Shown one piece after another: positions 1 through 8,417 of a stretch of 64,000 nucleotides of DNA. The stretch lies in IMG/VR virus record IMGVR_UViG_3300021061_000001; one strand, written 5' to 3'. Source of the stretch: a virus. The notes beneath the pieces are model-generated. The model was given only the letters and a program-made list of their open reading frames with translations, was not told where the DNA came from and searched no databases. Numbering within the stretch: position 1 is the first letter of the stretch; every line of letters starts with the position of its first letter. The translations under genes and the position numbers were made by a program.

Positions 1-1
1 C

Positions 2-787
2 GGTGATGCCGTCAACGGCTCCCAGCGTCTTGTGCTCGAAGGGACAGCGATCGAAATCTACGAATACCTCAACGTCACCTTCAAGGGTGATACCGGACCT
101 CTCCCTCTTGGCACGTACTACGTCAAATTGCGGGCCACGATCGAGGACCCGGTGTTCGGCGACAAGTACACCGGCAAGTGCAGAATCATGGCGATGGTTG
201 GCTTTCTGCAAAACAACACTTATACGCCATGGGTCTATCCGACGAGCGTGACTACCACAGCCTCGACTCCGAGTTACCCATGGCTTAGCCCCAACGCGAT
301 CCGGTCCAAAGACAACCAGTTCGCTTTTTGTGCCGGCGCTCCGCGGCGGCCGTGCTCCTCGCCTCCCGCAGTGGTGAACAGCGATTGGCTGAATGCCTTG
401 TTCCGATTCAGCGTGGCCGACTTCGGTATGTCCGAGGGGGTCATTGGCAACGGCGTGAGGATTCGCGGTATCGAACTTCAGATCAAGAAGGCGAATCTCA
501 GCGCTGGTGGTCAAATCTGGGATGAGACGCTGAAATTCGATCGTCCCGTCGCCGACAACAAAGCGAGTCCGGTGTTTTGGCAGAGAACGAACGGCAGCGA
601 AGTGCCATGGAATACTTACGGCGGTCCAGGCGACAGATGGGGGACCACGCTTGACAACCACGTCGATTTCGTCAATGGCGTTACCATCAAACTGCGAGCG
701 GCCCTCGGCACGTCGGCCCTTCTCGAAACCACCACGGCCATGATCGACACCATGCGTATGCGAGTTCGCTACGAACCAAGACCGTAA
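2..787 (+). CDS. Receptor-binding/tail-fibre-like protein, paralog 1 (5' end outside window)
   Basis: The frame is open to the left edge; track ORF 32..787 starts on an internal GTG. The C-terminal ~150 aa carry the same motif series as the next two genes (IRGIELQIKK; YGGPGDRWG; IDTMRMRVRY). Confidence 0.6.
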   Translation, partial: GDAVNGSQRLVLEGTAIEIYEYLNVTFKGDTGPLPLGTYYVKLRATIEDPVFGDKYTGKCRIMAMVGFLQNNTYTPWVYPTSVTTTASTPSYPWLSPNAIRSKDNQFAFCAGAPRRPCSSPPAVVNSDWLNALFRFSVADFGMSEGVIGNGVRIRGIELQIKKANLSAGGQIWDETLKFDRPVADNKASPVFWQRTNGSEVPWNTYGGPGDRWGTTLDNHVDFVNGVTIKLRAALGTSALLETTTAMIDTMRMRVRYEPRP

Positions 788-801
788 GGAACCAAGCCAC
801 A

Positions 802-2349
802 ATGGCAACCGTACTCGAAAAACTCCGCGACCGGCTCACGACCAGCCTTCAGAGCCAGTTCGGCTCGAAGTTCCTGAAGCTGGATCCCTACCCGCCAGCA
901 ATCACCGACGCGGCCACGCAGCAGGTCGTGGAGGGCGCGGACGGGCTGGAGTGGATGGTGACGTGGGACGGCACGCAGACCGATGTAGATATGGCGAAGG
1001 CGCAAGCGATCGTCCAGGGGTCGGATGCAGTCTCGACACCCGAAGAGGAGGCCGCCGAGTCGCCAGCCGTCATCTCTTCAAGCACCCATGGGGCCTTGCT
1101 GGTGGCGGTGAACAAGCTGATCCTGGGCGAAACCGTGCCCGTCAATGCGGCAGCGGAGGTGGCGGCTGCGGCGAGCCAGGCGCAGATTGCTTCCGGGCGG
1201 GCCTTGTCCTACGTGGTCAGCGGCGCGGCGGCAAACCCGGTGATCCTGGAGCAGCAGCAAGGCGCTCCGCGTTTCATCGGCCCTGGTACGGCTACCGGCG
1301 ACCTGAATGCCAACGTACTGCGGCGCGGCCTGGCGAATGAGGAGTTGAACGTCGTCGCCCTCGCGCATGGATTCCATAACACGCCCGCCAATGCCGAAAT
1401 TTCTTTGCAGATTCGATTTGAGTTTGCCAACACGGGCCAGCAGCTACCCGCAGTGGTCATCTTGTCGCGTGGGGCTTCGGCGCCGAACTGCGTCATAGGC
1501 GGCAACGTCAACGGGGACGCTGGTTTTCTCCTGCGCGGGAGGCGTGACGATGTTTTGATGAATCTGTTCATCAGAGTTCCCAAGGGCAGCCTCCCGATCC
1601 AGCGGACCATCAGGATCATCTACAACGCTACCATCAACGTCCCCGGAGTCGGCATCCACAGTAACAGGCAAATTGCCACCTTCATGTTTGGTCCGCTGCC
1701 GGGTGACAGGACGCCATGGCGATCTCCAACCTCCGCGATTACGACATCCACTCCTGACGGGGATCATGATTGGAGTGGCAACGATAACGATATTTTGCGC
1801 TCAGATGATCGGTCCATGTTCGTGGTAGGCGACCGAAACTGCATGGATCCGCGCATAGGAGTGCGAACACCCTTGGCGGAGGTGAAATCTTACTGGCTGA
1901 GGTTTTGCTTCCTGTTCAGGGCGTCGGACTTCGGCCTAATCAATGGAGATCCCGCCAGCAGGGCCACGATTCAGGGGATCGAGTTTTCCATTCTAAGGCG
2001 AGCCGCAGGCCCAGGCGTGCCTGGGGCTGTCTTAGACGAGTGGGTCAAGGTCGGTCATGACGATGGCGGAACTGAAATGATAGGCACGTCTGGGGTCGGG
2101 GGGACCGTATGGCCGGCCGCTTGGTCCTGGCAAACGTGGGGCGCTCCTCCAGCCGTTGGCGGATCTGGAAACTACCTCTGGCTAGACCCTGCCGCCCCTC
2201 CAGCGCCTGCACCGTTTTGGGACTGGATCAAGTGCCAAACGATGTACGGCTATCTCCAGGTCAAACTTGTTACGCCGACGGCTACGGCCGGGATGGTGCA
2301 GGCCATCGTGGACACGGCTCGGATGCGCATTTGGTTTCGCAGGAACTAA
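802..2349 (+). CDS. Receptor-binding/tail-fibre-like protein, paralog 2
   Basis: 515-aa ORF with AAGGAA upstream. The N-terminal WDGTQTDVDMAKAQAIV motif is shared with the 2363 gene. The C-terminus (IQGIEFSILRR ... VDTARMRIWF) matches its neighbours. Confidence 0.7.
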   Translation: MATVLEKLRDRLTTSLQSQFGSKFLKLDPYPPAITDAATQQVVEGADGLEWMVTWDGTQTDVDMAKAQAIVQGSDAVSTPEEEAAESPAVISSSTHGALLVAVNKLILGETVPVNAAAEVAAAASQAQIASGRALSYVVSGAAANPVILEQQQGAPRFIGPGTATGDLNANVLRRGLANEELNVVALAHGFHNTPANAEISLQIRFEFANTGQQLPAVVILSRGASAPNCVIGGNVNGDAGFLLRGRRDDVLMNLFIRVPKGSLPIQRTIRIIYNATINVPGVGIHSNRQIATFMFGPLPGDRTPWRSPTSAITTSTPDGDHDWSGNDNDILRSDDRSMFVVGDRNCMDPRIGVRTPLAEVKSYWLRFCFLFRASDFGLINGDPASRATIQGIEFSILRRAAGPGVPGAVLDEWVKVGHDDGGTEMIGTSGVGGTVWPAAWSWQTWGAPPAVGGSGNYLWLDPAAPPAPAPFWDWIKCQTMYGYLQVKLVTPTATAGMVQAIVDTARMRIWFRRN

Positions 2350-2362
2350 AGAGGAGACAAAC

Positions 2363-3682
2363 ATGCGCGACATGGTGAAACGGCTCTACTCGGATCTCAA
2401 GGGCCAGAGTTACGGCGACAAGATCCTCGGCATGCGCGTCGATCCCGACGCCTCGGTGGGTCTGTCCTGGGACGGCACGCAGAGCAACGTCGATGTCGAT
2501 GCCGCCAAGGCCGTCATCGACGCCTTCGACTGGAACCCCAAGAACGCCGAGCGGGCCGCCCACGCCGGGCGCCCCGACGATGCGACCCTGACGGCTCTCG
2601 TCGTGGCGGTGAAGGAACTCAACGACCAGGTACAGAAACTTCGCCGCGGCGACTTCTCCGACTCGGCTCCCGCTTCGTGGGCGACCTCGGCCCTGGCCAC
2701 GCCTGCCAGCAACGCCACGACCGAGCAGGCCATCAGCGGGCCGGTCATCACGGCCCCATCGTCCAAGACGGTGGCGAACGCCTCGACCATCACGTTCTCG
2801 GGCGGCGATCTGATCTCGATCGCTCACTCGTCCCTGACCGGCGACATCCAGGTGTCGCTGACCGTGGGAGGAGGCACCCTTACCCTGTCCGGCACGACGG
2901 GGCTCAGCTTCGCTTTCACGGCGGACAACTACGGCACGGCGGCCGGGGATGGCACGGGCGACGCCACGATGGTGTTCCGCGGCAGCCTGACCAATGTCAA
3001 CAACGCCCTCAGCGGCATGGTCTACACGCCCACGACGGGAGTGTACGGCACCGATACGCTCACGATCACAGTCAACGATCTGGCCAACTCGCCGTGCGAT
3101 TGCTGCGCCCAGACGGCCACAAGGACCGTTAGCATCTCCGTGTACGGGCTCTCGTCCGGCCCGCGCCTGGCCACGGTCGGGGCCACCAGCAACAGCAACG
3201 GCGGCACGGCGGACTGGCCCAGCCCCAACGATGGCCGCATCACCGCCGACGATGGCAACTACGCCATCGCGGCTGGCTCGCCGACGCCGGGGCAGCAACT
3301 CAGCTACTACCTGTTCCTCAAGACGTTCGGCTTCAACCTCCCCTCGAACGCGATCATCGACGGCATCCTGTTCGAGGTGAAGCGGAAGGCCACGGCGGGC
3401 ACGGGCGGGGTAACGACCGACAACGAGGTGCGGGCCATTACGGCCGACGGCACGCTGGCGTCGAGCAACCTGGCCCAGGCCGCGTGGGCGACCACGGAGG
3501 GCTGGGTGCCTTACGGAGGGCCTACGGAATTGTGGGGGGCGACCTGGGCACACACCGACATCAACGACGCCGACTTCGGCCTCGCCATCGCGGTCAACGT
3601 CTGGGGTGGAATGTTGCCGGGCACCACGCCGTCTGACGCGCAGGTCAACACCTGCCGCTGCACGGTCTATTACCACACGTAG
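2363..3682 (+). CDS. Receptor-binding/adhesin-like protein, paralog 3
   Basis: ATG 2363 follows AGAGGAGA. It has the SWDGTQSNVDVDAAKAVI N-motif and a central TLTLSGTTGLSF...TLTITVNDL adhesin-type beta repeat. The C-terminal IDGILFEVKRK ... YGGPTELWG ... CRCTVYY domain is shared with paralogs 1-2. Confidence 0.75.
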   Translation: MRDMVKRLYSDLKGQSYGDKILGMRVDPDASVGLSWDGTQSNVDVDAAKAVIDAFDWNPKNAERAAHAGRPDDATLTALVVAVKELNDQVQKLRRGDFSDSAPASWATSALATPASNATTEQAISGPVITAPSSKTVANASTITFSGGDLISIAHSSLTGDIQVSLTVGGGTLTLSGTTGLSFAFTADNYGTAAGDGTGDATMVFRGSLTNVNNALSGMVYTPTTGVYGTDTLTITVNDLANSPCDCCAQTATRTVSISVYGLSSGPRLATVGATSNSNGGTADWPSPNDGRITADDGNYAIAAGSPTPGQQLSYYLFLKTFGFNLPSNAIIDGILFEVKRKATAGTGGVTTDNEVRAITADGTLASSNLAQAAWATTEGWVPYGGPTELWGATWAHTDINDADFGLAIAVNVWGGMLPGTTPSDAQVNTCRCTVYYHT

Positions 3683-3978
3683 GCCAGGAGGCGGCGAAGT
3701 GTGCCGGTAAGGCGCGGAGGAGGCGGGGAGGCAGGTAGTACGGCGCTGTAACGTGGCTGGCCGTGATGGTACGAAACAACGATGTCGCTGCGAAAGTTGG
3801 TCCACCAATGATCTTCCCAGCCATCTTCAGGAGTGTCGCTGCGACCTATGCCCGTGAACACGAACCGGGCCGGTTCGGTCGGAACAGGGGCTGTCCACCA
3901 GCAACATGCCAGGTTGGCGACCACGCAGAGCAGGACAGCAGCCTCGGCGAGGCAAACGACTTTCAAGGCGGCTTTCAT
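3670..3978 (-). CDS. Small signal-anchored protein, antisense to the late operon (moron-like)
   Basis: ATG at 3978 (complement) has GAGGAGG 6 nt upstream. The N-terminus is hydrophobic (MKAALKVVCLAEAAVLLCVVANLACC). It lies in the ~520-nt gap between + strand genes. Confidence 0.55.
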   Translation of the reverse strand: MKAALKVVCLAEAAVLLCVVANLACCWWTAPVPTEPARFVFTGIGRSDTPEDGWEDHWWTNFRSDIVVSYHHGQPRYSAVLPASPPPPRLTGTLRRLLAYVW

Positions 3979-4205
3979 GGCTGACCTCCTCAAGGCAAGT
4001 GTAGCCCGCAAAGCGGGGTGAAGCAAAATGGGTGGCCCGATCCTCTTGACCCTGTTGCAGCTTGGCGGCTCGGCCGTCGGTGACGCGCCGGCCGCGTTCG
4101 ATCCGTGCGCGGTCCACTACCGCAGCCGCCCCGAGGAAACACTGACCCCGCGCAGCTTCCCCGAGGAGTCCGGCCAGCCGCGCACGCGGCCCGAGGAGTG
4201 CTAAG

Positions 4206-5393
4206 ATGCCGAATCAACGGCTCATCACGTTTCGCGATTGCGTCGAGCACCTCTTGGACTATACCGGGGGCGGCACGGACGAGATCAACCTGCGCCGCGC
4301 CCGCCGCGCCGTCCTCAACGCCTACCGCGAAGTCAGCAACGCCCGCCCCTGGCATTACTACTTCCGCCTCGGCAAGATCAACACCGTCGCCAGCTACTCC
4401 ACCGGCACCGTGGCCTACGACCACACCGGCGGCAGCAACGAGCGAGAACTGACCCTGACCTCGGGAACCTGGCCGGACTGGGCCGGGCTGGGGACCGTTC
4501 TCGTGGACAACGTGCCCTACGACGTGGCCGCGCGCGTCTCCGCGACGGTGCTCACCCTGTCGGTCAACAACAACCCCGGCGCCGATGTGGCGGCAGGGAC
4601 CAGCTACCAGATTTTCCAGGATACCTACCAGTTGCCGGGCGATTTCAAGTCGTGCGGCGAGATGGTGAACAGCACGACGGCGGGAACGATCCCCTACATC
4701 CAGCCCGACGAGTGGCCCGGCCTGCACCGCAGCCTGCGTGCCCCGGCCATGCCCAGCCACTTCACGATCACGTCCGACCCGCGTTATCACGGCGTCCTGG
4801 CCGTCCGTTTCGGGCCGCCACCCAGTTCCACCTGGCGCTACGATTTCGTCTACCGCCGCAAGCCGCGCGACCTGGTGACGGAGAATTATTCGACCGGCAC
4901 CGTGACGGTCAACTCGGCGTCCACGACCGTCACCGGCACCGGCACGGCCTGGACCACGGCCATGGAGGGGGCGGTGATCCGCTTTTCCGGGGATGGCACC
5001 AACCTGCCGACCAGCCCCGCGGGCGGGCCTGGCGGGGAGCCGGCGGTTGTGGAGCGGATCATCACCGACGTGGCCAGCGCCACCAGCCTGACGATCGACG
5101 CCGTGCCGGGACAGACCCTGACGGCGGTGAAGTACCTGATCTCCGACCCCATCGACATCGAGATGGAGTCGATGCAGAACTACCTCTTGCGCGAGTGCGA
5201 GCGACAGGTCAGGATCGGCACCAAGTACCAGCCCACGGCGTTCGAGGAGGAGTTGCACAAACTGGCGATGATGCAGGCGTTCGAGGCGGACAACCGGGCG
5301 ACGGAGCCGCGCTGGAGCGGGTCGGGCAGGCGGGCGTGGCCTCGCGTGGACGACTTCCCGGCAGCGGCGGCACTGAGGACGAGTTTGCCATGA
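4206..5393 (+). CDS. Virion structural protein (adaptor/tail-associated; function inferred from position only)
   Basis: 395-aa ORF with GAGGAG upstream. It contains TVTVNSASTTVTGTGTAWTTAMEG, a motif repeated in the 752-aa protein at 8414. Confidence 0.7.
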   Translation: MPNQRLITFRDCVEHLLDYTGGGTDEINLRRARRAVLNAYREVSNARPWHYYFRLGKINTVASYSTGTVAYDHTGGSNERELTLTSGTWPDWAGLGTVLVDNVPYDVAARVSATVLTLSVNNNPGADVAAGTSYQIFQDTYQLPGDFKSCGEMVNSTTAGTIPYIQPDEWPGLHRSLRAPAMPSHFTITSDPRYHGVLAVRFGPPPSSTWRYDFVYRRKPRDLVTENYSTGTVTVNSASTTVTGTGTAWTTAMEGAVIRFSGDGTNLPTSPAGGPGGEPAVVERIITDVASATSLTIDAVPGQTLTAVKYLISDPIDIEMESMQNYLLRECERQVRIGTKYQPTAFEEELHKLAMMQAFEADNRATEPRWSGSGRRAWPRVDDFPAAAALRTSLP

Positions 5394-5566
5394 AACCAGC
5401 ACGGCCGGCCGTGGTGATCATCGATTTTCCTGGGCTGCTCTCCAACGTCGATCCGATCGACTTCCCGGAGGGCGGGGCGGAAGTGCAGCTCAACCTGGCG
5501 TCCGTGACGCTGGGGGAGGCGGTAGTGCGGCGAGGGCTTCGCAAGGTCGATTTCGAGGACGACTAA
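5390..5566 (+). CDS. Small structural-module protein (58 aa)
   Basis: The ATG overlaps the previous stop (ATGA). High third-position GC. Confidence 0.55.
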   Translation: MKPARPAVVIIDFPGLLSNVDPIDFPEGGAEVQLNLASVTLGEAVVRRGLRKVDFEDD

Positions 5567-5568
5567 CC

Positions 5569-5880
5569 ATGTTCGCAGGCTTCGTACAACTCGGCTCGAC
5601 CATCACCGGCGCGGTCTTGACCAGGAACGCCAGCACTCAGGTGCCGACCGACGCGGCCAGCCCACCGACCTTCCGTATCTACGGCCCGTCGGGCCTGATG
5701 GCCAACGGCACCGGCACGGCCTCGCTCCTGGACTCGTCCAACACGGACGGGCTGTACTCCTGGTCCTACACGCCGGCCGGGGCCAACGGCTTCGCGGCCG
5801 GGGTGACTTACACGATCCTGTTCCAGTACACGGTGTCCGCAGTGGTGCAGGCCCAGATCGTGACCTTCACGGTGACCTAA
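5569..5880 (+). CDS. Small beta-rich virion-module protein, paralog A
   Basis: Starts 2 nt after the previous stop. MFAGFVQLGSTI..NAS..PTFRIYGPSG parallels the next gene. Confidence 0.65.
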   Translation: MFAGFVQLGSTITGAVLTRNASTQVPTDAASPPTFRIYGPSGLMANGTGTASLLDSSNTDGLYSWSYTPAGANGFAAGVTYTILFQYTVSAVVQAQIVTFTVT

Positions 5881-6300
5881 ATGTTCCTCGGTGATTTCCA
5901 ACTTGGCCGCACGGTGATCCTGGACGTTCAGACGACGAACGCCTCGGGGACGCCGACCGTGCCGGACGATGCGCCGACGTGCCGCATCTATTCGGCGGCC
6001 GGGGCGCTCGTGCAGTCGAAGTTGATGCCGGTGGTGGAGCCGGAACAGGTGACGGGCCTGTTCGGCCTGCCTGTGTTCCTGGGCCTGGAGTTCGCCACGG
6101 GCTACTATCTGGTGCTCCTCCGCTGGGCGATCTCGGGGACGACTTACGCGGAAGCGCGCAGCTTCCGCATCGTGGCGGGCGGGGACGTGGAGGGGGCCGT
6201 GGTCGACATGCACTGGTTCCAGCGGCCACACGCGAACTATCTGGTCCATGTCCTGGAGTCGGGCTACGTGCGCAAGGGGCAGAATCCCAGCCTAACGTGA
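5881..6300 (+). CDS. Small beta-rich virion-module protein, paralog B
   Basis: The ATG directly follows the previous TAA. MFLGDFQLGRTV..NASG..PTCRIYSAAG matches paralog A. Confidence 0.65.
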   Translation: MFLGDFQLGRTVILDVQTTNASGTPTVPDDAPTCRIYSAAGALVQSKLMPVVEPEQVTGLFGLPVFLGLEFATGYYLVLLRWAISGTTYAEARSFRIVAGGDVEGAVVDMHWFQRPHANYLVHVLESGYVRKGQNPSLT

Positions 6301-6308
6301 GGTGGAAG

Positions 6309-6830
6309 ATGATCCAAGAGGCGACGGAACGCGAAAAGAGACTTTTGGTCAGGGGGCACTACGGCTGGCGGCACTGGTCCGCCCCGCGCAAGAGCGGCCT
6401 GCGCACTCTCCTGGGGGAGGGCGGCATGGACAACCTCATCGTCACGACGGGGCTGAACCTGATCCTCAATAGCGGCCTGGGGACGCTCTACATGGGGCTC
6501 ATCAACGCCAGCCCCACGCCGTCGATCGTGGCTGGCGACACGATGGCCTCGCACGCGGGCTGGGCCGAGACGCACACGACCTACAACGAGGCGACCCGGC
6601 CGCAGTGGTCCTATTCGGTGACGAACGGGGTGGCGTCGGCGGCGAACGTCAACTTCAACTTCACCGGCACCGTCACCGTCCACGGTCTGTTCATGACCTC
6701 GAACAACACCAAGGGGGGCACGACCGGCACACTCCTGTCGGCCGCCGCGTTCTCTCAGGGCAACCGCAGCTTCCAGAACGGGCAATTTCTCCAGGGCTCC
6801 TTCACCCTCACCCTCACACGAGTGCAATAA
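6309..6830 (+). CDS. Structural-module protein
   Basis: ATG 6309 follows GAGGTGGA. An alternative ATG at 6426 (GGGGGAGGG upstream) would start at MDNLIVTTGLNLILNSG. The C-terminus is beta-rich. Confidence 0.6.
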   Translation: MIQEATEREKRLLVRGHYGWRHWSAPRKSGLRTLLGEGGMDNLIVTTGLNLILNSGLGTLYMGLINASPTPSIVAGDTMASHAGWAETHTTYNEATRPQWSYSVTNGVASAANVNFNFTGTVTVHGLFMTSNNTKGGTTGTLLSAAAFSQGNRSFQNGQFLQGSFTLTLTRVQ

Positions 6831-6832
6831 CG

Positions 6833-7327
6833 ATGGCCAGTGGTAACACGCTCTTGGTCCTGCTCCCGCAGCAGCACATACCGCCCAGCAGCAACTACGC
6901 CACGCTGGATCTGCGCAACCAGCACCCGGTCCTCGACTTCGATAAGGCCACGATCGAGTCGGCCCTGTTCGAGGACGTGATGCCCCGGGCCTACGCCGGG
7001 GGCGGCATCACCTGCCGGATCTGCTTCTCGGCGACCACGGTCACGACGGGGGACGTGGTTTGGGGGATCTCCCTGGAGCGGCACCAGGACGAGACGGGGG
7101 ATCTGGACTCGGACGACTTCGCCGCCGAGCGGACGGTGACGGCCACGGTACCGGGCACGTCGGGCATGGTGCAGTACGCCGAGATCGCCTTCACGGAAGG
7201 GGCGCAGATGGACTCGATCGCCCTGGGGGAGCACTTCCGGCTCAAGATCCGCCGCGTGGCAACCGACGCCGCCGACACCGCCGATAACGACGCGGAGTTG
7301 TGGTCCATTGAGGTGCGTGAGACGTAG
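6833..7327 (+). CDS. Structural-module protein (164 aa)
   Basis: The ATG lies 2 nt after the previous stop. High GC3. No family recognised. Confidence 0.65.
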   Translation: MASGNTLLVLLPQQHIPPSSNYATLDLRNQHPVLDFDKATIESALFEDVMPRAYAGGGITCRICFSATTVTTGDVVWGISLERHQDETGDLDSDDFAAERTVTATVPGTSGMVQYAEIAFTEGAQMDSIALGEHFRLKIRRVATDAADTADNDAELWSIEVRET

Positions 7328-7336
7328 GAGTTTCGG

Positions 7337-8194
7337 ATGGCCCGCAAGGGGAACGGATCATCGGCCAAGCTCGTCGGCCCCAGCCTCGGTTCGGGCCTGA
7401 CCAGGCTCTCCATCCATCTGCGCTACCGCAACGACTCCGTTCCCGGCTCGGGGGACATCACGATCCCCGTCCACCTCTCCGACGCGGGCGGGGCCAATTA
7501 CTCCACGATCTTCGCCTGGAACCATTCGTCGGCCGGATCGCGGCAAGCCTGGACCATGGTGCAGGCCGACCACTCGACCCAGACCGTCGCGAAGTACGTG
7601 ACCAGCCTCCAGGCCAATACCTGGTATGACCTCGTCATGACCTGGGACGGCTCCAATCTCAAGGCGTACCTCAACGGCGCATTGGAGACGACCACGGCGG
7701 GGGCCGATCCCGACGGGGCGATCACGGTCACGCCCAAGTTGCTGGTCTACGATGGGGCGCCCGATGCTTTCTGGGACGACGGCGAGGTCGCCGAGCTCGC
7801 GGTCTGGAGCGTGGCCCTGGATGCGGCCGAGGCCAATGCACTCGGCAAGGGCTTCTCTCCCTACTTCATCCGCCCAGCTTCGCGGCTCCTCTACGCCCCG
7901 CTCATCCGCGAGACGAACAACTGGCACGGCACGGCCCTGACCGACACCAGCACCACCGTCACGGACCACCCCGGCGTCATCTATCCGTTCGCGCGTGCGA
8001 TGCCCCCGGGCCTGACCACCGTCCAGATGACCCAGACCGGCTCGGTGTCGGAATCGCTGACGGGCGACGACGCGGAGGAGTTCCGGGGGGAGTCGGCCAC
8101 GGTGGCCGAGGCGTACCGGGTGAAGGGGATTGCACTGGCGCACACGCCGTATCTGGCCGTAGGGCGGCACCGGCCCAGCCCGCGAGGGAACTGA
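7337..8194 (+). CDS. LamG / concanavalin-A-like lectin-domain virion protein
   Basis: WYDLVMTWDGSNLKAYLNG ... GEVAELAVWSVALDAAEANAL fits the laminin-G_3 jelly-roll signature (recalled, not searched). Confidence 0.7.
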   Translation: MARKGNGSSAKLVGPSLGSGLTRLSIHLRYRNDSVPGSGDITIPVHLSDAGGANYSTIFAWNHSSAGSRQAWTMVQADHSTQTVAKYVTSLQANTWYDLVMTWDGSNLKAYLNGALETTTAGADPDGAITVTPKLLVYDGAPDAFWDDGEVAELAVWSVALDAAEANALGKGFSPYFIRPASRLLYAPLIRETNNWHGTALTDTSTTVTDHPGVIYPFARAMPPGLTTVQMTQTGSVSESLTGDDAEEFRGESATVAEAYRVKGIALAHTPYLAVGRHRPSPRGN

Positions 8195-8195
8195 C

Positions 8196-8417
8196 GTGGT
8201 GCCGCTCATCAAGGCTTTCGTCATCAAGCGGTTCAGCGGCTGGTATGTCTGCTTCGGAAGGCCAGACCTGGTGCTGGTGGATGCGGTAGGGCCGCTGGCG
8301 AAGAAGGCGGAAGCGAACAAGGCGCTACAGCGGATCAAGGCCGGGGCCACGACCATGAAGGTGATGCGCCGCATCGCCAAGGCGTACCAGCGAATGGTGG
8401 ATCTGAGGGAGATATGA
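8196..8417 (+). CDS. Small protein (73 aa, GTG start)
   Basis: GTG lies 1 nt after the previous stop. The stop overlaps the next ATG (ATGA). Confidence 0.45.
   Translation: MVPLIKAFVIKRFSGWYVCFGRPDLVLVDAVGPLAKKAEANKALQRIKAGATTMKVMRRIAKAYQRMVDLREI

Noticed and set aside
2282-5402. Long minus-strand ORFs 2282..3808 and 3990..5402
   Set aside because: Their composition is Arg/Gly/Pro-rich and they lie wholly antisense to well-supported + strand genes. The same reasoning applies to 7358..8731, 8876..10027, 12749..14278 (apart from its last 60 codons, see findings), 14694..15821, 15945..17156, 30949..32310, 42964..43935, 43721..44989, 46517..47662, 47517..48692, 48889..49620, 49365..50294, 50225..51064, 51596..53266, 53896..55632 and 62625..63437.
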